64,000 nt of DNA from Scyliorhinus canicula (lineage: Eukaryota), in assembly GCF_902713615.1 (NCBI RefSeq), contig NC_052165.1, positions 93,513,513 through 93,577,512 of the forward strand. Reading direction: 5' to 3'. The first letter of the stretch is position 1, and each line of letters begins with the position of its first letter. The notes beneath the pieces are model-generated. The model had not been told where the DNA came from. It saw only the letters and a program-made list of their open reading frames with translations, and made no database searches. Of this stretch, positions 47,682 to 59,059 are shown piece after piece. The translations under genes were made by a program, and so were the position numbers.

Positions 47682-50600
47682 CCGAACCGCTCGATTAGAT
47701 TCCAGTCTGTAACTCACTCCCGGGTATCTGTTATTCTATATATAAACCACCCCGAACTCCTCGATTAGATTCCAGTCTGTAACTCACTCCCGGGTATCTG
47801 GTATTATATATATAAACCACCCCAAACCCCTCGATTAGATTCCAGTCTGTAACTCACTCCCGGGTATCTGTTATTCTGTATATAAACCATCCCGAACCCC
47901 TCGATTAGATTCCAGTCTGTAACTCACTCCCGGGTATCTGTTATTCTATATATAAACCACCCCAAACCCCACGATTAGATTCCAGTCTGTAACTCACTCC
48001 CGGGTATCTGTTATTCTGTATATAAACCACCACAAACCCCTCGATTAGATTCCAGTCTGTGACTCACTCCCGGGTATCTGTTATTCAATATATAAACCAC
48101 CCCGAACTCCTCGATTAGATTCCAGTCTGTAACTCACTCCCGGGTATCTGGTATTCTATATATAAACCACCCCAAACCCCTCGATTAGATTCCAGTCTGT
48201 AACTCACTCCCGGGTATCTGTTATTCTGTATATAAACCATCCCGAACACCTCGATTAGATTCCAGTCTGTGACTCACTCCCGGGTATCTGTTATTCTATA
48301 TATAAACCACCCCGAACACCTGGATTAGATTCCAGTCTGTAACTCACTCCCGGGGATCTGTTATTCTATATATAAACCAACCCGAACCCCTGGATTAGAT
48401 TCCAGTCTGTAACTCACTCCCGGGTATCTGTTATTCTATATATAAACCACCCTGAACCCCTCGATTAGATTCCAGTCTGTAACTCTCTCCCGGGTATCTG
48501 TTATTCTACATATAAACCACCCTGAACCCCTCGATTAGATTCCAGTCTGTAACTCACTCCCGGGTATCTGTTATTCTATATATCAACCACCCCGAACCCC
48601 TCGATTAGATTCCAGTCTGTAACTCACTCCCGGGTATCTGTTATTCTATATATAAACCAACCCGAACCCCTCGATTAGATTCCAGTCTGTAACTCACTCC
48701 CGGGTATCTGTTATTCTATATATAAACCACCCCAAAACCCTCGATTAGATTGCAGTTGTAACTCACTCCGGGGTATCTGTTATTCTATATATAAACTACC
48801 CCAATCCCCTCGATTAGATTCCAGTCTGTAACTCACTCCCGGGTATCTGTTATTCTGTATATAAACCACCCCGAACCCCTCGATTAGATTCCAGTCTGTG
48901 ACTCACTCCCGGGTATCTGTTATTCTATATATAAACCATCCCGAACCCCTTGATTAGATTCCAGTCTGTAACTCACTCCCGGGTATCTGTTATTCTATAT
49001 ATAAACCAACCCGAACCAATCGATTAGATTCCAGTCTGTAACTCACTCCCGGGTATCTGTTATTCTATATATAAACCATCCCGAACCCCTCGATTAGATT
49101 CCAGTCTGTGACTCACTCCCGGGTATCTGTTATTCTATATATAAACCATCCCGAACCCCTTGATTAGATTCCAGTCTGTAACTCACTCCCGGGTATCTGT
49201 TATTCTATATATAAACCAACCCGAACAAATCGATTAGATTCCAGTCTGTAACTCACTCCCGGGTATCTGTTATTCTATATATAAACCACCCCAAAACCCT
49301 CGATTAGATTGCAGTCTGTAACTCACTCCGGGGTATCTGTTATTCTATATATAAACTACCCCAAACCCCTCGATTAGATTCCAGTCTGTAATTCACTCCC
49401 GGGTATCCGTTATTCTGTATATAAACCACCCCGAAGCCCTCGATTAGATTCCAGTCTGTGACTCACTCCCGGGTATCTGTTATTCTATATATAAACCATC
49501 CTGAACCCCTCGATTAGATTCCAGTCTGTGACTCGCTCCCGGGTATCTGTTATTGTATATATAAACCATCCCGAACCCCTCGATTAGATTCCAGTCTGTG
49601 ACTCACTCCCGGGTATCTGTTATTCTATATATAAACCAACCCGAACCCCTCGATTAGATTCCAGTCTGTAACTCACTCCCAGGTATCAGTTATTCTATAT
49701 ATAAACCACCCCAAACCCCTCGATTAGATTCCAGTCTGTAACTCACTCCCGGGTATTTGTTATTCTATATATAAACCACCCCGAACACCTGGATTAGATT
49801 CCAGTCCGTAACTCACTCCCGGGTATCTGTTATTCTATATATAAACCAACCCGAACCCCTGGATTAGATTCCAGTCTGTAACTCACTCCCGGGTATCTGT
49901 TTTTCTATATATAAACCACCCCGAACCCCTCGATTAGATTCCAGTCTGTAACTCACTCCCGGGTATCTGTTATTCTATATATAAACCACCCCAAAACCCT
50001 CGATGAGATTGCAGTCTGTAACTCACTCCCGGGTATCTGTTATTCTATATATAAACCACCCTGAACCCCTCGATTAGATTCCAGTCTGTAACTCTCTCCC
50101 GGGTATCTGTTATTCTATATATAAACCACCCTAAACCCCTCGATTAGATTCTAGACTGTGACTCACTCCCGGGTATCTGTTATTCTATATAGAAACCACC
50201 CCGAACCCCTCGATTAGATTCCAGTCTGTAACACACTCCCTGGTATCTGTTATTCTATATATAACCACCCCGAACCCCTCGATTAGATTCCAGTCTGTAA
50301 CTCACTCCCGGGTATCTGTTATTCTATATATAAACCAACCCGAACCCCTCGATTAGATTCCAGTCTGTAACTCACTCCCGGGTATCTGTTATTCTATATA
50401 TAAACCACCCTGAACCCCTCGATTAGATTCCAGTCTGTAACTCACTCCCGGGTATCTGTTTTTCTATATATAAACCACCCCGAACCCCTCGATTAGATTC
50501 CAGTCTGTAACTCACTCCCGGGTATCTGTTATTCTATATATAAACCACCCCAAAACCCTCGATTAGATTGCAGTCTGTAACTCACTCCGGGGTATCTGTT

Positions 50601-53135
50601 ATTCTATATATAAACTACCCCAATCCCCTCGATTAGATTCCAGTCTGTAACTCACTCCCGGGTATCTGTTATTCTGTATATAAACCACCCCGAACCCCTC
50701 GATTAGATTCCAGTCTGTGACTCACTCCCAGGTATCTGTTATTCTATATATAAACCATCCTGAACCCCTCGATTAGATTCCAGTCTGTAACTCACTCCCG
50801 GGTATCTGTTATTCTATATATAATCCACCCCGAACCCTCGATTAGATTCCAGTCTGTGACTCACTCCCGGGTATCTGTTATTCTATATATAAACCATCCC
50901 GAACCCCTCGATTAGATTCCAGTCTGTAACTCACTCCCGGGTATCTGTTATTCTATATGTAAACCAACCTAAACCCCTCGATTAGATTCCAGTCTGTGAC
51001 TCACTCCCGGGTATCTGTTATTCTATATATAAACCATCCCGAACCCCTCGATTAGATTCCAGTCTGTGACTCACTCCCGGGTATCTGTTATTCTATATAT
51101 AAACCATCCGAACCCCTTGATTAGATTCCAGTCTGTAACTCACTCCCGGGTATCTGTTATTCTATATATAAACCAACCCGAACCCCTTGATTAGATTCCA
51201 GTCTGTAACTCACTCCCGGGTATCCGTTATTCTGTATATAAACCACCCCGAAGCCCTCGATTAGATTCCAGTCTGTGACTCACTCCCGGGTATCTGTTAT
51301 TCTATATATAAACCATCCTGAACCCCTCGATTAGATTCCAGTCTGTGATTCGCTCCCGCGTATCTGTTATTGTATATATAAACCATCCCGAACCCCTCGA
51401 TTAGATTCCAGTCTGTGACTCACTCCCGGGTATCTGTTATTCTATATATAAACCAACCCGAACCCCTCGATTAGATTCCAGTCTGTAACTCACTCCCGGG
51501 TATTTGTTATTCTATATATAAACCACCCCGAACACCTGGATTAGATTCCAGTCCGTAACTCACTCCCGGGTATCTGTTATTCTATACATAAACCAACCCG
51601 AACCCCTGGATTAGATTCCAGTCTGTAACTCTCTCCCGGGTATCTGTTATTCTATATATAAACCACCCTGAACCCCTCGATTAGATTCTAAACTGTGACT
51701 CACTCCCGGGTATCTGTTATTCTATATATAAACCACCCTGAACCCCTCGATTAGATTCCAGTCTGTAACTCACTCCCGGGTATCTGTTATTCTATATATA
51801 AACCATCCCGAACCCCTCGATTAGATTCCAGTCTGTGACTCACTCCCGGGTATCTGTTATTCTATATATAAACCAACCCGAACCCCTCGATTAGATTCCA
51901 GTCTGTAACTCACTCCCGGGTATCTGTTATTCTATATATAAACCACCCCAAAACCCTCGATTAGATTCCAGTCTGTGACTCGCTCCCGGTTTATCTGTTA
52001 TTCTATATATAAACCATCCCGAACCCCTCGATTAGATTCCAGTCTGTGACTCACTCCCGGGTATCTGTTATTCTATATATAAACTACCCAAACCCCTCGA
52101 TTAGATTCCAGTCTGTAACTCACTCCCGGGTATCTGTTATTCTATATATAAACCAACCCGAACCCCTCGATTAGATTCCAGTCTGTAACTCACTCCCGGG
52201 TATCTGTTATTCTATATATAAACCATCCTGAACCCCTCAATTAGATTCCAGTCTGTGACTCGCTCCCGGTTTATCTGTTATTCTATATATAAACCATCCC
52301 GAACCCCTCGATTAGATTCCAGTCTGTGACTCACTCCCGGGTATCTGTTATTCTATATATAAACCAACCCGAACCCCTCGATTAGATTCCAGTCTGTGAC
52401 TCACTTTCGGGTATCTGTTATTCTATATATAAACCATCCCGAACCCCTTGATTAGATTCCAGTCTGTAACTCACTCCCGGGTATCTGTTATTCTATATGT
52501 AAACTACCCCAAACCCCTCGATTAGATTCTAGTCTGTAACTCACTCCCGGGTATCCGTTATTCTGTATATAAACCACCCCGAAGCCCTCGATTAGATTCC
52601 AGTCTGTGACTCACTCCCGGGTATCTGTTATTCTATATATAAACCATCCTGAACCCCTCGATTAGATTCCAGTCTGTAACTCACTCCCGGGTATCTGTTA
52701 TTCTATATATAATCCACACCGAACCCTCGATTAGATTCCACTCTGTGACTCACTCCCGGGTATCTGTTATTCTATATATAAACCATCCCGAACCCCTCGA
52801 TTAGATTCCAGTCTGTAACTCACTCCCGGGTATCTGTTATTCTATATATAAACCAACCTAAACCCCTCGATTAGATTCCAGTCTGTGACTCACTCCCGGG
52901 TATCTGTCATTCTATATATAAACCATCCCGAACCCCTCGATTAGATTCCAGTCTGTAACTCACTCCCGGGTATCTGTTATTCTATATATAAACCACCCTG
53001 AACCCCTCGATTAGATTCCAGTCTGTAACTCACTCCCGGGTATCTGTTATTCTATATATAAACCACTCCGAACCCCTCGATTAGATTCCAGTCTGTAACT
53101 TACTCCCGGGGATCAGTTGTTCTATATATAAATCT
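47682..53135. repeat. Satellite with a 70-bp unit (TCCAGTCTGTAACTCACTCCCGGGTATCTGTTATTCTATATATAAACCACCCCGAACCCCTCGATTAGAT), about 78 copies, filling PELO intron 3
   Basis: Direct periodicity. Confidence 0.98.
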
Positions 53136-53152
53136 CACAGGTCTCTCCTCAC

Positions 53153-53303
53153 CTTCACATAATCATTCTCCTGAATGTTGGTCCCTTTCACACGGAGCAT
53201 GCAGGCCTGGGCATCAAAGTCAATTGTCTCCACACAGATGGTGAGTGTGGTCCGCACCCGGTTACTCCCCACGCTGCCGGTCGAAGACTCCGTCTGCACC
53301 TTC
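53153..53303 (-). CDS. PELO: Pelota coding exon 3 (RKVQTESSTGSVGSNRVRTTLTICVETIDFDAQACMLRVKGTNIQENDYVK)
   Basis: tttgcag| acceptor and |gtgagg donor; 151 nt, phase 2->0. Confidence 0.96.
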
Positions 53304-53972
53304 CTGCAAAGGAGGCATCAGCGTTGAGCGATCGCACATCAGGACAGACCCCGGCTGTATCTCGGCCTGATACGAAATGGGCCCAGATTCGTCTTGGGAG
53401 GCCCGGGACAGGCTAACGGGGCAACAAGGGACACACAAACTCTGCTGATGAATTGTAGGGAGTGTGCGTCTGCATCATTGTGTGTGTGTGTCTGTTCGGG
53501 ATTGTGTTTGCCCTCTGTCACCCCCAAACGTGGCCATCGCAAACCACTCCCGGCTGCTCGTCCGTTCTGGCCTCCGGAAACTGAAGTCCCCCCCTCCCCC
53601 CTCACTGTGACCAGGCTCGTAGCACATCTCCATTCACTCATCAGCCACCCACGCTCTCCCTCTCCCCTCGCTCTCCCTCCCCCTCTACCTCCACCTCTCG
53701 AAGACACTCCTTCAGGAGTGAGCTCTTTGTCAGAGCCAGTAGTCCCCCGTCGCTATCTCCTTAGGTACCTCCGGGTCAGAGTGACCTCGATGGCAGCTGC
53801 TGTGAAGCATCGAGGGCCAGTTTTACTGAATCAAAAGGTGACACATGAATCGGGTTTGCTGACTGTGGAGGTGTGAGCAGGACCGAGGGTGGGACTTGGC
53901 TGCTCCCCCCCCCCCCCCCCCCCCCCCCCCACCACCAGGCAGCACCCCCCAACCCCACTGCCTGGCCCTTAC

Positions 53973-54065
53973 CGGAAGGTGGATGCCCGCAGGCTGTCCT
54001 TGATCTGGAGTAGGTTGTAGGTGTGCCACATGTCTTCTGCTTCCTCGGGCATCAGTGTTATCTGG
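53973..54065 (-). CDS. PELO: Pelota coding exon 2 (QITLMPEEAEDMWHTYNLLQIKDSLRASTFR)
   Basis: ctcccacag| acceptor and |gtaagg donor; 93 nt, phase 2->2; EDMWHTYNL motif. Confidence 0.96.
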
Positions 54066-54107
54066 CTGTGGGAGGGACAGGACAAACATGACAGTCAAGA
54101 GGGTTCC

Positions 54108-54527
54108 ACACCCGCTCCCCCCCCCACCGACGCATAGCGGCAGCCGTGTGTCCCGTCTACAAGATGCACGGCAGCCACTCGCCGAGGCTCCTTCGACAGC
54201 ACCTTCCAAACCCACCACCTCCCCCACCGAGAGGGACAAGGGGCAGCAGAGGCACGGGGAACACTCACCGCCGGCAAGTCTCCCCTCCGAGCCCCCGCCC
54301 ACCATCATCACCACCCTGACTGGGAAACATATCGGCCGTTCCATCACTGTCGCTGGGTCAGAATCCCGGAACTCCCTCCCTAACAGCACTGTGGGTGTAC
54401 CTACGCCACACGGGACTGCAGCGGCTCCAAGATGGCAGCTCACCCACCACCTTCTCGAGGGGCAGTTAGGAATGGGGAGTAAATGCCTGTCCCGGCCAGG
54501 GACACCCACATCCTGTCCAAGTGAAAA
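54108..54527 (+). mobile_element. 3' end of the same LINE family as 46815-47425
   Basis: 54122-54270 is nearly identical to 47222-47370 and continues into the LINE ORF end and 3' tail. Confidence 0.75.
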
Positions 54528-54754
54528 CTAAAAGGGCGAACGGTGGAAATACGTCAGGATTCCTGGGGTCTCGGATACGGAGGGCATGATGGAGGGCATA
54601 TTAGCCTCAGAAACCTCCACACCCCCCCCCCCCCCCCCTGCACAACCTCCCCCCCCACCCCCCTCCCCGCGGATACAGGCGTGAAGCCTGATCAGCGCTC
54701 TTCCCGATTCGGCAAATACCGGATTAACATTCCACGATTTTCTGATACCCTCAG

Positions 54755-56010
54755 TGACCAGGATGACCCCCCTCCCCCGTTGCCAGGGTGATGACCCCCT
54801 CCCCCGTTGCCAGGGTGATGACCCCCCTCCCCCGTTGCCAGGGTGATGACCCCCCCTCCCCCATTGCCAGGGTGATGACCCCCCCGTTGCCAGGGTGATG
54901 GCCCCCCTCCCCCGTTGCCAGGGTGATGACCCCCTGTTGCCAGGGTGATGACCCCCCCTCCGCTGTTGCCAGGGTGATGACCCCCTCCCCCGTTGCCAGG
55001 GTGATGACCCCCCTCCCCCGTTGCCAGGGTGATGACCACCCCTCCCCCGTTGCCAGGGTGATGACCCCCCCTCCCCCGTTGCCAGGGTGATGACCCCCCC
55101 TCCCCCGTTGCCAGGGTGATGACCCCCCTCCCCCGTTGCCAGGGTGGACCCCCCTCCCCCGTTGCCAGGGTGATGACCCCCCTCCCCCATTGCCAGGGTG
55201 ATGATCCCCCTCCCCCATTGCCAGGGTGATGACCCCCCTCCCCGTTGCCAGGGCGATGACCCCCCACCCCCATTGCCAGGTGACCACCTGCCAAGGTGAC
55301 ACCCCCCTCCCCCCCTGTTGCCAGGGTGACACCCCCTCCCCCCCTCGTTGCCAGGGTGACACCCCCTCCCCCCCCGTTGCCAGGGTGACACCCCTCCCCC
55401 CCGTTGCCAGTGACACCCCCTCCCCCCCCATTGCCAGGGTGACACCCCCTCCCCCCCCGTTGCCAGGGTGACACCCCTCCCCCCCCGTTGCCAGGGTGAC
55501 ATCCCCTCCCCCCCCGTTGCCAGGGTGACACCCCCTCCCCCCCGTTGCCAGGGTGACACCCCCTCCCCCCTGTTGCCAGGGTGACACCCCCTCCCCCCCC
55601 CCGTTGCCAGGGTGACACCCCCTCCCCCCCGTTGCCAGGGTGACACCCCCTCCCCCCCCGTTGCCAGAGTGACACCCCCTCCCCCCCCGTTGCCAGGGTG
55701 ACACCCCCTCCCCCCCCCCGTTGCCAGAGTGACACCCCCTCCCCCCCCCGTTGCCAGGGTGACACCCCCTCCCCCCCCGTTGCCAGGGTGACACCCCCCC
55801 CGTTGCCAGGGTGACACCCCCCCCCGTTGCCAGGGTGACAACCCCTCCCCCCCGTTGCCAGAGTGACACCCCCTCCCCCGTTGCCAGAGTGACACCCCCT
55901 TCCCCCCTGTTTCCAGTGACACCCCCTCCCCCCCCGTTGCCAGAGTGACACCCCCTCCCCCCTCGTTGCCAGAGTGACACCCCCCTCCCCCAAGTTGCCA
56001 GGGTGACCCC
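54755..56010. repeat. ~25-31-bp G/C-skewed minisatellite (CnTCnGTTGCCAGGGTGA(TGA)C), about 45 units, in PELO intron 1
   Basis: Direct periodicity; two sub-arrays (GTGATGAC 54755-55280, GTGACAC 55290-56010). Confidence 0.95.
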
Positions 56011-56014
56011 TCAC

Positions 56015-56055
56015 CCCGAGTTGTCCCTGTCGATCAGTTTGCTGAGCAACTTCAT
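56015..56055 (-). CDS. PELO: Pelota coding exon 1 (MKLLSKLIDRDNSG)
   Basis: GCAGC-ATG start with an upstream in-frame stop; |gtgagg donor; 41 nt, phase 2, matching exon 2. Aligns to the canonical MKLVRKNIEKDNAG N-terminus. Confidence 0.9.
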
Positions 56056-56490
56056 GCTGCTGACTCCCAGACTCCAGCCGGTCCTCCCAAACCCGGCCCG
56101 GCAGCCACCGCTTCACCACCTCACAGAATGACGGCGCATTGCGTCCTGGCAGTGGAAACTGTGACGAATAGAGGCTCCGCCATCTTTCTGACGGGCTGGG
56201 CGGGGCACTCCCCCCGCCCAGGTAGGAACCGCGCGTGCGCAGTGAGGACAGGAGGCCATCTTTGGTCAAGGCGCCGCAGCGGCCGCCATGATTGATTCTC
56301 CCCAAAGCCCCAAATGGCAGCAACACCTCAACACAAACACAGTCCAGTAGTGGGACTGGAGACACACTCTCAACCCAAACCGTCAGCATCCACCCGGCGG
56401 GGATGGAACGCCGTCTGGGTGGCTCAGATTGCAAGCGTGCCCCCTGCCCCGGCTCCTGCCACTCACCATTCCCGATTGGCTGGCTCCTCC
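56056..56490 (-). promoter_or_regulatory. PELO: PELO 5' UTR / CpG-rich housekeeping-type promoter
   Basis: YY1 CCGCCATCTT (56177-56186), further GCCAT motifs near 56255 and 56285, GC boxes at 56197-56220, NRF1-like GCGCGTGCGCA (56231-56241), CCAAT near 56475. Confidence 0.6.
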
Positions 56491-56582
56491 GGGCACACAC
56501 TGTCCTCGCTCGGCTCCGCCTTTCTGCTCTCAACATCAACATCGAGTTCAACAACTTCAGACCCTGAACCCTATCCTAATCT

Positions 56583-56860
56583 TCATTATCGTCACAAGTC
56601 GGACACTGCAATGAAGTTACTGTGAAAATCCCCTAGTCGCCACATTCCGGCGCCTGTTCGGGTACACGGAGGGGGAATTCAGAATGTCCAATTCACCTGA
56701 CAGCACGTCTTTCGGGACTTGTGGGAAGAAACTGGAGCACCCGGAGGAAACCCATGCAGACACGGGGAGAACGTGCAGACTCCACACAGACAGTGACCCA
56801 AGCCGGGAATCGAACCTGGGACCCTGGAGCTGTGAAGCTACAGTGCTAACCACTGGGCTA
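56583..56860 (-). mobile_element. HE1-like V-SINE
   Basis: Reverse complement of the 460-716 / 45795-46077 family, with A and B boxes. Confidence 0.88.
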
Positions 56861-56904
56861 CCACCCTCCCATCCCACCGTGCCACCTTGTATCTTCTGAG
56901 ACGT

Positions 56905-57136
56905 GAAGATTGAGTTAGGGCGCTCGAGAGTTACAAGTTAGCTAGGAAGGATCTAAAGAGAGAGCTAAGAAGAGCCAAGCGAGGACATGAGAAGTCTTTG
57001 GCAGGTAGGATCAAGGATAACCCTAAAGCTTTCTATAGATATGTCAGGAATAAAAGAATGACGAGGGTACGAGTAGGGCCAGTCAAGGACAGTAGTGGGA
57101 AGTTGTGCATGGAGTCCGAGGTGATAGGAGAGGTGA
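56905..57136 (+). mobile_element. Internal CR1 ORF2 fragment
   Basis: RRAKRGHEKSLAGRIKDNPKAFYRYVRNKR..RVRVGP.KD is typical of the CR1 EN-RT linker. Confidence 0.85.
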
Positions 57137-58549
57137 AAGAGGAGGTAAAAGCGGTCACCAGGAATTGCCCAATCTGTGCAGAGTGCAAAACGCACTTCTA
57201 TAGACCATCAGGGCCCACCTGGTCAAGGCTTCTAGGCCCTTTGAACGCCTCGCGATTGATTTCAAAGGGCCACTCCCCTCAACTAACAAGAACGTTTACT
57301 TTCTAAACGTCGTAGATGAGTTCTCCCGTTTCCCATTCGCTATCCCATGCCCCAACATGACCTCCCACACAGTCATTAGGGCCCTGCATAGTATCTTCAC
57401 CCTGTTTGGTTTCCCCAGCTACGTACACAGCGACCGGGGTTCGTCCTTCATGAGCGACGAGCTGCGTCAGTACCTGCTCGACAAGGGTATCGCCTCGAGC
57501 AGGACTACCAGCTACAACCCCGGGGGAACGGGCAGGTGGAGAGGGAGAACGCGACGGTCTGGAAGACCATCCTACTGACCCTCCGGTCTAGAAAGCTCCA
57601 AGTCTCCCAGTGGCAGGAAGTCCTCCCAGACGCGCTGCACGCTATTAGGTCCCTCTTATGCACAGCGACCAATCAGATCCCCCACGAGAGGCTCTTCATT
57701 TTTCCCAGGGGCACTACCACTGGGGTCTCACTTCCGGCATGGCTGAGGACACCAGGCCCGGTACTCCTGAGGAAACACGTCAGGGCGCACAAAACCAACC
57801 CCCTTGTTGAGAAGGTGCGCCTGCTTCACTCCAACCCCCAGTACGCCTTCGTCGAGTTCCCTGACGGCCGTCAGGACTCAGTATCCCTCCGGGATCTGGC
57901 ACCCGCCGGATCCAGCGCCCCCTCTACCCCCACAGAAGGACCCCTCACCCTACACCCCATGCTGCCGCCCCCTCGCGCTCCCCAGCCCACGAGCTCACTC
58001 CACCAGTTCCGCGCCCCCGCGCCGGCCAGCCCCCAGCGCCCCCAGTCCCCGGTCGAACCAGGAGAGTATGAAGCTCGGACACAACCCTCCCTGGAGTCCG
58101 CCATCGTACCCCAGCACACTACACCCATCCAGCCACCGCAAGAGGCTGCAACCCCGGTGCTCCGCAGATCACAGCGGACAGTTCAACCACCGGACAGACT
58201 GACTTTGTAGACCACCACCGTCGCCGGACTTGATTTTTCTGCAGGGGGTGAATGTGGTGAATGTAACGTAGTAATTCACACTGTATTTACCAATACCATT
58301 GTAAGCGCAGTAGCGTTATCCGACCACTAGGGGGAGTAGCTCTGGGAATGCTCAGGAGTTTGTACAGGGCTCCACCCTTGGCTCCGCCCACAGCTCCTCC
58401 CACTGGACTTGCTGTATAAATAACCGTGTCCAGAGCCAGCCTGCAGTTCACCGAGAGTTCAACGGGTAACAGGCTTGTTCTGTAGTAAGTAGATTAAAAC
58501 CACTGTTCATATCTTAAAGCACGTGTCTCGTGAATTGATGGTTCCATCA
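57137..58549 (+). mobile_element. 5'-truncated Gypsy-3 (integrase plus 3' LTR 58253-58549), related to Gypsy-2
   Basis: C.ICAECK, VDEFSRFPF, HSDRGSSFMSDELRQ; PPT AGGGGGTGAA; LTR TGTGG...AATTGATGGTTCCATCA with TATAAA and ATTAAA. Confidence 0.92.
58321..58339 (+). promoter_or_regulatory. CTCF core motif inside the Gypsy-3 LTR
   Basis: CGACCACTAGGGGGAGTAG preceded by GCAGTAGC, which resembles the CTCF upstream motif. Confidence 0.55.
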
Positions 58550-59059
58550 CACGGAAGCCACCGACCCGAATCCCAGGACACCCCAAAGCTCGGGGTCGGA
58601 GGAGGACACTGACTTCCTGTCACCACTGTCTCCAACACCCGTCCACTATCCCTGTGACACTCACCTCGATCAGGCACTATAGTGAAGAGGCTCCTGGGAC
58701 ACTATCCGGTGATCACCACACAGCTGCTCCGGTACAGCTGGTGGAGGTAGGAACCCCCGAGGGGGCCGGACGGTCGGAGGACAGGCCGACTCCGGGGACT
58801 CGCTGCCGACCAGACTGGTTTTGGGGTTTCTGGAACGGACGGTCCATCGATTGTGGAGATGCAGTCGCAGAGTCAGGGACTACATGAGGGGATGTCGGGG
58901 AGCATCCAGCACCGCCAGGGGCAGGTGGAGGAGTCCGACCGTGTGCTGGAGCAGGAGGTGGTGCTGACCATGCCTGCCACCCAGGCCAACACCGCACGGG
59001 TGGCGTCTGCGGTGGAGGCAATGGGGACGTCGGTCTTGGCCATGGGTCAGCGTGCCCGA

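Noticed and set aside
1442-53135. Regular arrays as CRISPR loci
   Set aside because: Units are contiguous with no unique spacers, there are no cas genes, and the context is spliced vertebrate DNA.
54528-56554. Gly-rich 409-620-aa ORFs
   Set aside because: Read-through of the intron-1 minisatellite; the true exon 1 is in a different frame and ends at 56015.
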